A stretch of 64,000 nucleotides of DNA from Patescibacteria group bacterium (GTDB lineage Bacteria > Patescibacteriota > Patescibacteriia > JBDRGY01). The translations under genes were made by a program, and so were the position numbers. Below the pieces are notes generated by a model that was given only the letters and a program-made list of their open reading frames with translations, was not told the origin of the DNA and did no database searches. Positions 28,022-37,022 of the stretch are shown in pieces (within the stretch, counting starts at the first letter, position 1; each line of letters begins with the position of its first letter). Location: NCBI GenBank assembly GCA_043817315.1, contig JBDRGY010000016.1:4863-68862 (forward strand), read 5' to 3'.

Positions 28022-28050
28022 AGTTTAGCGCATTATGGAGAAATTGTCAA
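28022..28050 (-). promoter_or_regulatory. Sigma70-type promoter of the leader peptide/tRNA-Asn unit
   Basis: TTGACA-N17-TAAACT. Confidence 0.75.
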
Positions 28051-28059
28051 CTGATCATA

Positions 28060-28848
28060 TTAAAGAGCGGCCTCTTTTAGAGACTGGCTACATTGGCATT
28101 TTGCTTGTTCTGGAAAGTTTTCTATCATCTGTAAAATTAGTTTCTTCAGTTTCTGGTCATTTTTCTTGAAAGTTTTAATGATTGTTTGGGTGGTTGAAGG
28201 CTTGATGCCTTTTACTCCAACTAATCCTGAGTCGTAGTCGGTGATTAGAGAAATATTGAGATAACACATCTGCAGTTCTCTGGCTAAAGCCACTTCTGGA
28301 TATTGAGTCATATTAATAATATCCGCCATGGTGGCGTAATGTTTTGATTCCGCCCTGGTGGCAAAACGAGGCCCTTCAATTACTAAAACCGTTCCTTTGG
28401 GATGATGGACAATCTTTGTTTTCTGACAGCTTTTTATAGCCAGCTTTCTTAAAGCCGGACAATAGCTTTCAGCCACTGAGATATGAACCACTTTGGGTCC
28501 GTCAAAAAAGGTGTCGTTGCCCGCTTTGGTTTTATCAATAAACTGATCACAAATCACCATATGACCGGGCTTAATTTCGGGCTTGAGGGATCCTGCGGCA
28601 CTAGGCGAGATAATTTTCCTAAATCCTAACTTATTGAGCGCAAACAGATTGGCTTTGTAATTAATTTTATGAGGAGGATATTGGTGTTGCTTACCGTGTC
28701 TTGGTAAAAAGGCAATCTGGCTTCCTTGGTGAGTTGAGATTAATATTTTATCAGAAGGATTACCATAAGGAGTTTTGACCGTTACTTCTTTTCCTTTGAA
28801 AAATTGATAAAAACCTGATCCTCCAATTATGCCAATCTTAGTTGCCAT
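28060..28848 (-). CDS. mtnP: S-methyl-5'-thioadenosine phosphorylase (PNP/MTAP family)
   Basis: GIIGGSG, TPYG.PS, RHGKQH..PPHKINY, EGPRF.TRAES, NMT..PE, TDYD. Confidence 0.9.
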   Translation of the reverse strand: MATKIGIIGGSGFYQFFKGKEVTVKTPYGNPSDKILISTHQGSQIAFLPRHGKQHQYPPHKINYKANLFALNKLGFRKIISPSAAGSLKPEIKPGHMVICDQFIDKTKAGNDTFFDGPKVVHISVAESYCPALRKLAIKSCQKTKIVHHPKGTVLVIEGPRFATRAESKHYATMADIINMTQYPEVALARELQMCYLNISLITDYDSGLVGVKGIKPSTTQTIIKTFKKNDQKLKKLILQMIENFPEQAKCQCSQSLKEAAL

Positions 28849-28851
28849 AAA

Positions 28852-29373
28852 TCAAAATTTGATTAATGATTTGACTTGATAGTTTTTTATTTTAGCTTTA
28901 CCTCTGAGGTCTTTTAATTCAATAAAAAATAGAATGCCCACAATATCGCCTCCCATTTTTTTAACCAGATCAACTGAAGCCTTAATAGTACCGCCTGTGG
29001 CCAAAAGATCATCAACCACTAAAATCTTCTCCCCTTCTAATATTGATCTCTGGTGCATTTCGATAGTGTCGGCCGCGTACTCCAAAGAATATTTCTGGCT
29101 CAAAGTTTTATAGGGCAGCTTTCCCTTCTTCCGAACCAAGGCTAAACCGGTTTTCAGTTTGTAGGCCAGAGCTGAAGCCAATATAAAACCGCGAGCGTCA
29201 ATACCCACGATCTTGTCAATCTTTTTGTCCTGATACGGTTTGGCTAATTGATTGATTAAATATTGAAACATTTTTTGGTCTTCCAAAACCGGGGTGATAT
29301 CCCGAAACATAATGCCCGGCTGTGGCCAATTGGGAACGGTACGAATTTTCGCTTTCAGGGTAGTCAGGTTCAT
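28852..29373 (-). CDS. apt: Adenine phosphoribosyltransferase
   Basis: PGIMFRDIT, ARGF, RKKGKLP, LEY, VDDLLATGGT. Confidence 0.96.
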   Translation of the reverse strand: MNLTTLKAKIRTVPNWPQPGIMFRDITPVLEDQKMFQYLINQLAKPYQDKKIDKIVGIDARGFILASALAYKLKTGLALVRKKGKLPYKTLSQKYSLEYAADTIEMHQRSILEGEKILVVDDLLATGGTIKASVDLVKKMGGDIVGILFFIELKDLRGKAKIKNYQVKSLIKF

Positions 29374-29477
29374 AGCATGATTATTCTAACAAAAAATGAC
29401 CGGCTTGGCGATTGACAGTTCAGCAAAATAAAAAAGCCCGCCTCGAGATAAATCTCTTGGCGGGCACTTAAGGAATC

Positions 29478-31253
29478 CTAGTTACTGGCCTGTTTCAGCT
29501 TGGTAACCCGGGCTGGCTTTTCTGTCAGCAGGCGCATTCGCTCCTGGACAGCGTCGTGGTGATTCAAGGGTTGATTCTCCTTGAAGACAGCAGCCACGGC
29601 CTCAATCAGGTTGTCGTCATGCACCCCAGTGGGCTGGCCACCAGCAGCCTTGTCTCGCTTGATAGCTAGACGGGCTGCCCGGTCGACAATCCCCTTGATC
29701 ATGGCGCCACTAACCAGATGACCTAAGGTGAAAGTCTCTGTCCGTTTTCCCTTGCTGTCATCATCTGGCAGCATCTCGATCCGGTAAAGACCATACTCCT
29801 CAGCAAATAGCCGATTGACTGCGATCTCCACCAGGCGATCAACGGTCAGGCCTTCGGCCAAGGGCAACTGCCCCAAGTAGAGTCGGAAGATAGCAGCAGC
29901 GGCTTCCCGATCGGGCCTGCCTACGTAGAGCTTGAGATCACAACGGCCGTCGCGAGTAACAGCGGGATCCAGGACATCAGGCCGATTGGTAGCCACCAAC
30001 ACTATGGCGCTACTCTCCTTCATGCCTGACATCTCAGCCAAGAACATGGGCACAATAGTATCGCGCACATCTGAGCTGACTCCCTCACCCCGCTTGGGCA
30101 GAATAGCCTCGGCTTCGTCGATGAATATCACTACAGGCAGGCCGTACCTTTTCTTGTAGTACTCGGCTCGCAGGAACAGACGGCGAATCCGGCCTTCAGC
30201 AGTTCCAACCCACTTCTCCAGGATCTCCGGACCCTTGACGTAAATGAAGCCAACCGGAATACTCCTGTCTTTGGCCAGACGAACGATCTCCGTGGCCAAA
30301 GCCTTGCCCAACATGGTCTTGCCACAACCCGGGGGACCGATTAGGGCAGCTCCGACGATCGGCTTCTGACCGTAGTGAGCATAGAGCTCTGGTTCGTCCA
30401 AGTGGCCGACTACCGCTTCCCGCAACGTCTCTTTGATCTCGTCCAGGCCAGCAATGTCTTCCCAAGTGACGTCAGTTTCATCGGTTAGAGTCAGGAAGGA
30501 TTCTTCCTCCCCCAAGCAGTCAACAATCACTGTAGCTGAGGAATCAATAATCACCCGGAAACCAACTTCGATTTCACCGGTAAACTGGCCGGCCAGGATC
30601 ATTCTGCGGGCACCATGAAAATCGATCTCACAACGGTCATCATCAACCACTCGCTGAACTGTGACGATTTCTCCGTAGTCTTCTAGACCAACAACGCCTA
30701 GGATCTGAGAAGTGCTGCGGCTCAGTTTGACCGTATCTCCGGGCTTGATCTCCAGGTCTTTCGGATATTCAACCTCCAGACGCTGGCTACTGATAGCCAC
30801 TACAACCTTTCGCTGGTTGATGGCAATCAGTTCGATCTCGCGATCTGGGTTTGTCATTTCAGCTATACCTACGCCGAAATACTCAGACGAACCATCGGCA
30901 AAGCCAACAAGGACTTCGCCATTGTCGTCAACATCTCCGAAAACATAGCCAGGCTGACCGACCAGCTGCTCATTGTGGCAGCTGGCAGTGATACGGACCA
31001 GAGTACCATAAGGCAGGTCGGTATAGTCAACTTCTACCTCAGATTCAGTCGGTTCCAGAATAGCAATAGCTACTCCGTAAGCTACTGGCTGAGAAAACAG
31101 CTGCAATACCCGACGAGCCATCTCCTGAACCTTGACTCTGGCTCTCATTCGGCCTCGTCGGCTACTGTGTCTGCCGGTCAGGATTTCTTCCTCTTCTGGA
31201 CCGGGAAAGGCGTCCATAAAATCTCTAATCGGATCATTAGAATTACCCACCAC
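29478..31253 (-). CDS. ARC/Mpa-like proteasomal AAA+ ATPase
   Basis: GPPGCGKT, VKGPEILEKWVG, IFIDE, VSSDV..TIVP, ATNRPD.LDPA..R.GR, SGAMI..IVDRA; AAGGAGG SD. Confidence 0.85.
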   Translation of the reverse strand: MVGNSNDPIRDFMDAFPGPEEEEILTGRHSSRRGRMRARVKVQEMARRVLQLFSQPVAYGVAIAILEPTESEVEVDYTDLPYGTLVRITASCHNEQLVGQPGYVFGDVDDNGEVLVGFADGSSEYFGVGIAEMTNPDREIELIAINQRKVVVAISSQRLEVEYPKDLEIKPGDTVKLSRSTSQILGVVGLEDYGEIVTVQRVVDDDRCEIDFHGARRMILAGQFTGEIEVGFRVIIDSSATVIVDCLGEEESFLTLTDETDVTWEDIAGLDEIKETLREAVVGHLDEPELYAHYGQKPIVGAALIGPPGCGKTMLGKALATEIVRLAKDRSIPVGFIYVKGPEILEKWVGTAEGRIRRLFLRAEYYKKRYGLPVVIFIDEAEAILPKRGEGVSSDVRDTIVPMFLAEMSGMKESSAIVLVATNRPDVLDPAVTRDGRCDLKLYVGRPDREAAAAIFRLYLGQLPLAEGLTVDRLVEIAVNRLFAEEYGLYRIEMLPDDDSKGKRTETFTLGHLVSGAMIKGIVDRAARLAIKRDKAAGGQPTGVHDDNLIEAVAAVFKENQPLNHHDAVQERMRLLTEKPARVTKLKQASN

Positions 31254-31424
31254 ATCCTCCTTGGCCTTAGGCCTGTTTATTTTCCATTCTCAAAGAACAA
31301 ATCGATTCCCCAAATTATCATAAACCAATGGTGCTGTCAAGCAGGGAGTGGGCAGGAAAAACTGAAGAAAATCTTGTTGGGTTACTAGAAACAATAGGTT
31401 AAATCGAGATCAAGCCCTTAGGGC

Positions 31425-31511
31425 TTGACAAATCTAGATATTTATTATAAGGTAGACCATTCTATTTGGGACGAATTAGCTTCAAATAGAGGGTACTTTG
31501 ACATCTGAATA
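31425..31511 (+). promoter_or_regulatory. Promoter followed by a hairpin and a BoxA-like element
   Basis: TTGACA-N17-TAAGGT, CTATTTG..CAAATAG hairpin, GGTACTTTGACATCTGAATA. Confidence 0.55.
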
Positions 31512-31627
31512 ATCCAAGGAAAAAACGATAAAAACAGAAGAAAATCCCTTAGTTGGGAGGAAGGAGTTCTGATGGATTACTGCCCGTAAGCAACATTGGA
31601 AACACGCACCCGAAAGGAGAAACGAAA

Positions 31628-32281
31628 ATGGCTCCACGACGGAGTTTCAAGGATAGGTTCCTTGACATGGTCATCGAGCGAGAGGATCCGGTCACGCCGG
31701 CTGCTCCTCAGCCCAGACCTGGTTCTACTACATCCACCACACCCATGGTTGTTACACCTTCAAATCCATCAGTCAATCAGGAAATGTTGACAGCCCTGAT
31801 GGACGAGGTGCTCAGGCAGTCAGGATCTGACTACACCGCTTTTCACCAGATCTATGACTCGCTGGATGGAGTACCTGACGAAGCGACTCGCTATCGGGCC
31901 GCCTTCAAGAGTGCAAGTAAGATGGCAGGTCTGACCCGAGAACGCCTGTTGACTGCCCTGAGAAGACGCCCGGCCATCCTGGCCACTGAAATCCAGGAGA
32001 TCGAGGCTACTCTGGGACAGAAAGAGCAGGCCGAAGTCGGCAGTAAGCAATCCGAGATCCAGATGATCGACAGTCAGTTGGCTGAAGATCAGAGACGGAT
32101 CACTGAGATCCAGAGAGATATGACATCTCGCCAGACGCGCCGTACTCAGCTTATGGCCGAGAAGTCTGCGGGTGAAGCCAGCTTGGCTGCATCCAAGGCC
32201 AGAGTCGGGGCTACTGCTACTGCTGCTAAAGCCAAGATCGCAGATGAGTTGCGCAAGGTGGAAGCTTACATCACTACCTGA
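31628..32281 (+). CDS. Helical/coiled-coil hypothetical protein, first gene of a five-gene operon
   Basis: AAAGGAG SD before ATG 31628, Pro/Thr linker, long heptad C-terminus. Confidence 0.75.
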   Translation: MAPRRSFKDRFLDMVIEREDPVTPAAPQPRPGSTTSTTPMVVTPSNPSVNQEMLTALMDEVLRQSGSDYTAFHQIYDSLDGVPDEATRYRAAFKSASKMAGLTRERLLTALRRRPAILATEIQEIEATLGQKEQAEVGSKQSEIQMIDSQLAEDQRRITEIQRDMTSRQTRRTQLMAEKSAGEASLAASKARVGATATAAKAKIADELRKVEAYITT

Positions 32282-32297
32282 AAGGGGGTAAAACCAG

Positions 32298-33359
32298 ATG
32301 GGACCTGATCTTACTAACCCGGGCGATCTTACCGCCAAGGTAAAATCGTTTTGGGAAAGACCAGAGGGTCGCCCTGGAGCTGTTATAGTGGCTCTACTTG
32401 CCGCTGCTGTCGGGGTAGGTTTTCTCAATTTCGTTCTACCTCATCTCCACCTCCTGTTCATGAACCTAACCCGCACTCTCATTTCCGGCACTACGCTGCT
32501 GGTTCTGGCCAAAATCATAACGGCCAAGCGAACCAGAGTTCTGTTCTGGAATATGCTCAAGAGTGTGTCTCGGCTGATCGCCAAGACCTACGCCGAGCTT
32601 GATCCCATTGGGATCATGAGAAACACTCTGGCAGATATGAGGGACCAGTACCGCAACCTGGATAAGCAGGCCGGTATTGTGCGTGGCGTGATGGAAACGC
32701 TGAATGAGTTGATGGAGAAAAGTGCCCGCCAGATGAAGGAATCTCTGGGTTTGCTCAAGCAGGCTCAGAAGCGCCAGATGACATCTCAGCTGGTGCTGCA
32801 AAGCCGTCGAGCGGGTCGCCGGAAGGACAACATTATTACCTTCCAGGAACTCCATCACAAGCTGGAACTGATTCTGCGAGTACTGATCAAGTACATGGAA
32901 GCAGCCAAAGTGCACATTGATGATCTTGAAGACGACATCATGGTGCAGGAACAGAAACGCAAAGGGATGCGGGCTGCTTCTTCAGCAATTCGTTCCGCCA
33001 GAAGCATCTTCGTTACCGATCAGCAGACCGAGCTTTTCAACCTGGCTACCGAAGCCTTGGCTGAAGACTACGGCCGTAAACTGGGAGAGATCAAGCATTT
33101 TGTGGAGATCTCCCAAGGCATGGTCGATGGTATCGATCTGAGAAACGGTAAGCTGGAAGAAGAGGCTCTGGAACTGCTGGAACAGTGGGAGAGCGATCCT
33201 AGCTCTTTCGCCATTCCCGGCATGGAAAAGCAGAGGCTGATTGCCGTGTCCAACGACCCCAATGAAGTCCTGGACATCGACAGTACTCAGCCCGACGTTC
33301 GCAGTATGCCAACAGCATCCGGAAGCAAAGATCAGAAGTGGGATGAGTTTCTGGAGTAG
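32298..33359 (+). CDS. Membrane-anchored long coiled-coil protein (PspA/IM30-like architecture)
   Basis: Two N-terminal TMs, DPI motif followed by extended helical hairpins; family assignment is inferred. Confidence 0.65.
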   Translation: MGPDLTNPGDLTAKVKSFWERPEGRPGAVIVALLAAAVGVGFLNFVLPHLHLLFMNLTRTLISGTTLLVLAKIITAKRTRVLFWNMLKSVSRLIAKTYAELDPIGIMRNTLADMRDQYRNLDKQAGIVRGVMETLNELMEKSARQMKESLGLLKQAQKRQMTSQLVLQSRRAGRRKDNIITFQELHHKLELILRVLIKYMEAAKVHIDDLEDDIMVQEQKRKGMRAASSAIRSARSIFVTDQQTELFNLATEALAEDYGRKLGEIKHFVEISQGMVDGIDLRNGKLEEEALELLEQWESDPSSFAIPGMEKQRLIAVSNDPNEVLDIDSTQPDVRSMPTASGSKDQKWDEFLE

Positions 33360-33413
33360 TTCAGGTACCTGCAGCAAGACATTTGTTGGTTCTACTCAAA
33401 GGAGGGATCGGTT

Positions 33414-34961
33414 ATGCCTCGACTCACCAGAGGTGCTGGGAATTTCCTGTTGGTTATCGCCGTTCTGGCGATAGTCGCAGGTGGATACACGGCAGTTCAG
33501 AGAGGTTGGTTCGGCATCGGTACTAGCAACCAGGCAGCTCCAGCTGGTCCGGTCACGGTAGCTACCGGCGAGACCATTGACCCCATCAATGTCCACGTGG
33601 TCACTTGGTGGGGTTGCGCCGGCGGCGTTCTGGCCAATAACGGATTTTCTCCAAACGAAGACTGCGACTACTACCGTAAGCATAACATTCTGGTCAAGTT
33701 CAACCTGATAGATGTGTTGCCAAACTCATGGGATGCTTGGAAAACCGGAGAAATTGATATTCTCGCCTACACGGCAGAATCTCTGGCTCCGCTTCTCCCT
33801 ATCCTGTGGGACTATGACCCGGTGGTATTCTTCAGTGAAGACAGGTCTCAGGGTGGCGATGTCATTCTGGCCCGCGAAGGCATCAATTCAATGGTTGACC
33901 TTCGTGGCCGTCAGGTAGTTTACTGCCAGGATGCTCCTTCCCAGAGTGTGCTTCTGCATGCTCTGGACGCCGCCAACATGACTCTGGACGACATCATCCC
34001 CATTACGACCGATGATGTCATTCTGGCAGGCAACATGTTTGAAGCCGATCCGGAGATTGCGGCCGCCGCAGTCTGGAGTCCGGAAGATGCCAGAATCATG
34101 GCTGCTGATCCGCGTGTTCATGTCTTGTTCAGTACTAAGGACGCGGATCACATCATCTTCGATGTCATGCTGGTTAAGCGAGACTGGTACGAGGCCAATT
34201 TCGATGAGGTAGTGGCCTTCCTGGAAGGCTGGTTCGGAGGTGTAGCTAGGATCTACAACAACCCAGCCGACAAAAGAAAGGCACTGCAGCTAATGGCTGA
34301 CGGCACAGGCCTCGGCGTAGATTTCTTCAAGGATACGGCTGACGGTTTTCACCTCAATACCTACGGGGATAACGTCAATATCTTCAACCTCAATGGTAAC
34401 TACCAGGGTGTGACCGCCAAGGACGTCTACGAAGAAACCGCTGCACTGTACCAGAGAATTGATCGAGTTGGAAACGATCTTCCCCTCTGGCGCAGAATCT
34501 CTGACACCAAGGCACTCCGTGCTCTTAGTCACCTACGTGGACCTGGCTACGATGCGACAGAAGTATCTCGTTTCTCAAAAGCCGGTCCAGAGAAAAGAAC
34601 TGAGAGAGAGATCACCAGTAAGCCGGTAACTGTCAACTTCGGCTTCGATTCAAATGAGTTGGACGCCAACGCTCGAAACATCATCGATGCCGAATTTGGC
34701 GACCAGGCCCAGATGTTCGGCAACATGTACATCAGAATCGTCGGCAATACCGACAGTGTCGGTGACTACCAGTACAACGTCAGGTTGTCTGAGCAGAGAG
34801 CTCAGGCGGTAGCTGACTATCTGGCTGCCCGTTACCACATTGACCGGTACCGTTTCATTATCATCGGTAACGGACCCAACAACCCGGTGGCCAACAACAA
34901 CACCGATGCTGGCAAAACCAGGAATCGGCGTACTGATTTCGAACTGGTCCGGAGGGACTAG
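33414..34961 (+). CDS. SsuA/NMT1-like substrate-binding domain fused to a C-terminal OmpA-like peptidoglycan-binding domain
   Basis: DRSQGGDVI..DLRG, AAAVWSP, I.DV; GNTDSVG..N..LS..RA..V and NRRTDF. Confidence 0.88.
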   Translation: MPRLTRGAGNFLLVIAVLAIVAGGYTAVQRGWFGIGTSNQAAPAGPVTVATGETIDPINVHVVTWWGCAGGVLANNGFSPNEDCDYYRKHNILVKFNLIDVLPNSWDAWKTGEIDILAYTAESLAPLLPILWDYDPVVFFSEDRSQGGDVILAREGINSMVDLRGRQVVYCQDAPSQSVLLHALDAANMTLDDIIPITTDDVILAGNMFEADPEIAAAAVWSPEDARIMAADPRVHVLFSTKDADHIIFDVMLVKRDWYEANFDEVVAFLEGWFGGVARIYNNPADKRKALQLMADGTGLGVDFFKDTADGFHLNTYGDNVNIFNLNGNYQGVTAKDVYEETAALYQRIDRVGNDLPLWRRISDTKALRALSHLRGPGYDATEVSRFSKAGPEKRTEREITSKPVTVNFGFDSNELDANARNIIDAEFGDQAQMFGNMYIRIVGNTDSVGDYQYNVRLSEQRAQAVADYLAARYHIDRYRFIIIGNGPNNPVANNNTDAGKTRNRRTDFELVRRD

Positions 34962-34977
34962 GTAGGAAATGTTCATT

Positions 34978-35013
34978 GGGGCAGGCGTCTTCTATCGTCT
35001 GCCCCTGTTTTTT
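34978..35013 (+). terminator. Intra-operon hairpin/terminator
   Basis: GGGGCAGGCG..CGTCTGCCCC followed by TGTTTTTT. Confidence 0.65.
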
Positions 35014-35041
35014 CCTTTCTAGCTAACCAAGAGGGGGAAAG

Positions 35042-35827
35042 ATGCAATTGTTCGAACTGCGCGGATCCCTCCCTAACCGGACTAGGCTGATTCTGCAACT
35101 GGGAGGAATGATCTTCTTTATTACCCTGTGGTGGGCTGTAGTTCAGTATTTTGAGATCAAACCCAGCCTGCTGCCCTCACCAGAAAAGGTGTTGCTGGCT
35201 TTCAAACCACTTTACTTCGAAAGCAACATCCTCTACCACTCCTCTATCTCTATCAAGCTCAATGTCTTGGGCTATCTGGAAGCTGTGGCCATTGCCATAC
35301 CGCTAGGATTTTTAATCGGTTTGTTCCCTTTCTTTCGGGGACTGCTGATGCGATATGTCATTGTCCTGCGCTACTTGCCCCTGACAGCACTCTTGGGCTT
35401 GATGATTCTCTGGTTCGGGATTGGGATCAATATGAAGGTCCAGTTCCTGGCTCTGGGTATCCTGGTCTATCTACTACCGGTAGTAGTCCAGCGAATAGAC
35501 GAGGTCAAAAAGATCTACGTCTACACCGCCCAGACTCTAGGCGCCAGTAAATGGCAGATCATCAAAGCTGTCTTTATCCCCGATGTCATTTCTAGGGTAT
35601 TTGACGACATCCGGGTGCTGGTAGCCATCTCCTGGACTTACATCATCATCACCGAGGTTATAAACCGTAACCAGGGTGGTGTCGGGGCTGTCATCTACGG
35701 AGCCCAGCGTCGCGGTAAGTTGGATGAGGCTTTTGCTGGCCTAATAGTCATCATCCTGATCGGCTTTCTGCAAGATCGGTTGATGGTATTCTTTGACCGT
35801 CGGTTCTTCCGGCACAAATACGTCTAG
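35042..35827 (+). CDS. ABC permease (SsuC/TauC-like)
   Basis: LPSP, LRYLP, WFGIG, AQTLGAS EAA loop, WTYIIITE. Confidence 0.9.
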   Translation: MQLFELRGSLPNRTRLILQLGGMIFFITLWWAVVQYFEIKPSLLPSPEKVLLAFKPLYFESNILYHSSISIKLNVLGYLEAVAIAIPLGFLIGLFPFFRGLLMRYVIVLRYLPLTALLGLMILWFGIGINMKVQFLALGILVYLLPVVVQRIDEVKKIYVYTAQTLGASKWQIIKAVFIPDVISRVFDDIRVLVAISWTYIIITEVINRNQGGVGAVIYGAQRRGKLDEAFAGLIVIILIGFLQDRLMVFFDRRFFRHKYV

Positions 35828-35830
35828 GGG

Positions 35831-36652
35831 GTGGGCATGGCAGACTCAAATACGACCCGTGTCGCCTTTCCCAACACCGAGCTGCCGGATGTTATCGATC
35901 TACGTAAAATCGGGATGATCTATGACGGACGGGTGGAGGTTCTAAAAGACTTCGACCTACTAATCGAGGATAAACCCGGACAAGGTCAGTTCGTGGTCAT
36001 CCTCGGCATGTCAGGTTGTGGCAAATCCACCGTTTTGCGGATCATCGCCGGTATACAGGAACCGACAGCCGGTGAGGTGTTCATCTATGGACATCCCAGA
36101 AAGGAAGTTGAACCAACTAGTATGGTGTTCCAAAGCTTTCCCTGCTATCCCTGGGCCACCGTACTAGAAAATGTCCGCCTAGGTCTGGACTTTAAGGGAA
36201 TTCCCCGGTATGAAGGCAATGAAAAGGCCCAGGAAATGATCGAGATGGTCGGACTAGGAGGGCACGAGCGTAAGCTGCCTGCCGAACTGTCCGGTGGACA
36301 GCAACAGCGAGTGGCAATTGCCAGGAGCTTAGTCTTCAACCCCAAGCTGCTGCTGATGGATGAGCCGTTTGGCGCCCTAGATACCTACACTAGGGGGAAA
36401 ATGCAGCAGCAATTAGAAGAGCTGTGGGAAAGGCTACAATGCACAGTCATCTTTGTCACCCATGACATCCAGGAAGCGGTTTTCTTGGGAGATGACATCT
36501 ACGTGATGGAAAGGCACCCCGGCTTTATCTGTCACCACTTCCCGGTTCCGCTGGGTTTCCATCGGGATCGGTCCACCAAGCATGGTGCTGAGTTTGTTAA
36601 GTTGGTCAATGATGTCGATGACTTCATTCACGACATGGCAGCTCACGACTAG
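35831..36652 (+). CDS. ABC ATP-binding protein (SsuB/TauB-like)
   Basis: [30 protein letters not shown]; start may be ATG 35837. Confidence 0.92.
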   Translation: MGMADSNTTRVAFPNTELPDVIDLRKIGMIYDGRVEVLKDFDLLIEDKPGQGQFVVILGMSGCGKSTVLRIIAGIQEPTAGEVFIYGHPRKEVEPTSMVFQSFPCYPWATVLENVRLGLDFKGIPRYEGNEKAQEMIEMVGLGGHERKLPAELSGGQQQRVAIARSLVFNPKLLLMDEPFGALDTYTRGKMQQQLEELWERLQCTVIFVTHDIQEAVFLGDDIYVMERHPGFICHHFPVPLGFHRDRSTKHGAEFVKLVNDVDDFIHDMAAHD

Positions 36653-36675
36653 TATCTCAAGGAGGAATCGTTCTT

Positions 36676-36714
36676 TCGGCAGGAGAGTCAACTGACGCTC
36701 CTGCCGATTTTTTT
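36676..36714 (+). terminator. Intrinsic terminator of the five-gene operon
   Basis: TCGGCAGGAG..CTCCTGCCGA followed by a T-tract. Confidence 0.75.
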
Positions 36715-36817
36715 ATATTAAAAAACCGCCCTAATGGCGATTTAATATTTGGCTCCGCCCTGCACCATTTGGTGCAAGACTCCGCTGGGCAAGTAAAATA
36801 TGTGGCTCCGCGAGACG

Positions 36818-36837
36818 CCTGCCTGCCGGCAGGCAGG
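36818..36837. repeat. Perfect 20-bp palindrome CCTGCCTGCCGGCAGGCAGG inserted in the T-stem of a tRNA remnant
   Basis: Seen directly in the sequence. Confidence 0.85.
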
Positions 36838-36949
36838 GACTCGAACCAGCGACCCACTGGTTAACCCCGCATGTCCTCCTCGACTCCGCTCGGAGTCCTG
36901 CGGGACAGACAGCCAGGGAATTAATATCTTTTTACCCAAGAGCGCATTG

Positions 36950-37022
36950 CTCCGCGAGTCGGACTCGAACCGACGACCCACTGGTTAACAGCCAGTTGCT
37001 CTACCAACTGAGCTATCGCGGA
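36950..37022 (-). tRNA. tRNA-Asn(GTT), intact, no encoded CCA, flanked by a 13-bp perfect inverted repeat
   Basis: TCCGCGA-TA-GCTC..GAGC-A-ACTGG-CTGTTAA-CCAGT-GGGTC-GTCGG-TTCGAGT-CCGAC-TCGCGGA-G. Confidence 0.95.

Noticed and set aside
31553-31627. Upstream TTG start for the first operon gene
   Set aside because: The strong SD sits before ATG 31628.
36866-36910. Insert in the anticodon loop as a group I intron
   Set aside because: At 45 nt it is far too short and shows no group I core elements; another splicing mode is not excluded but has no support.
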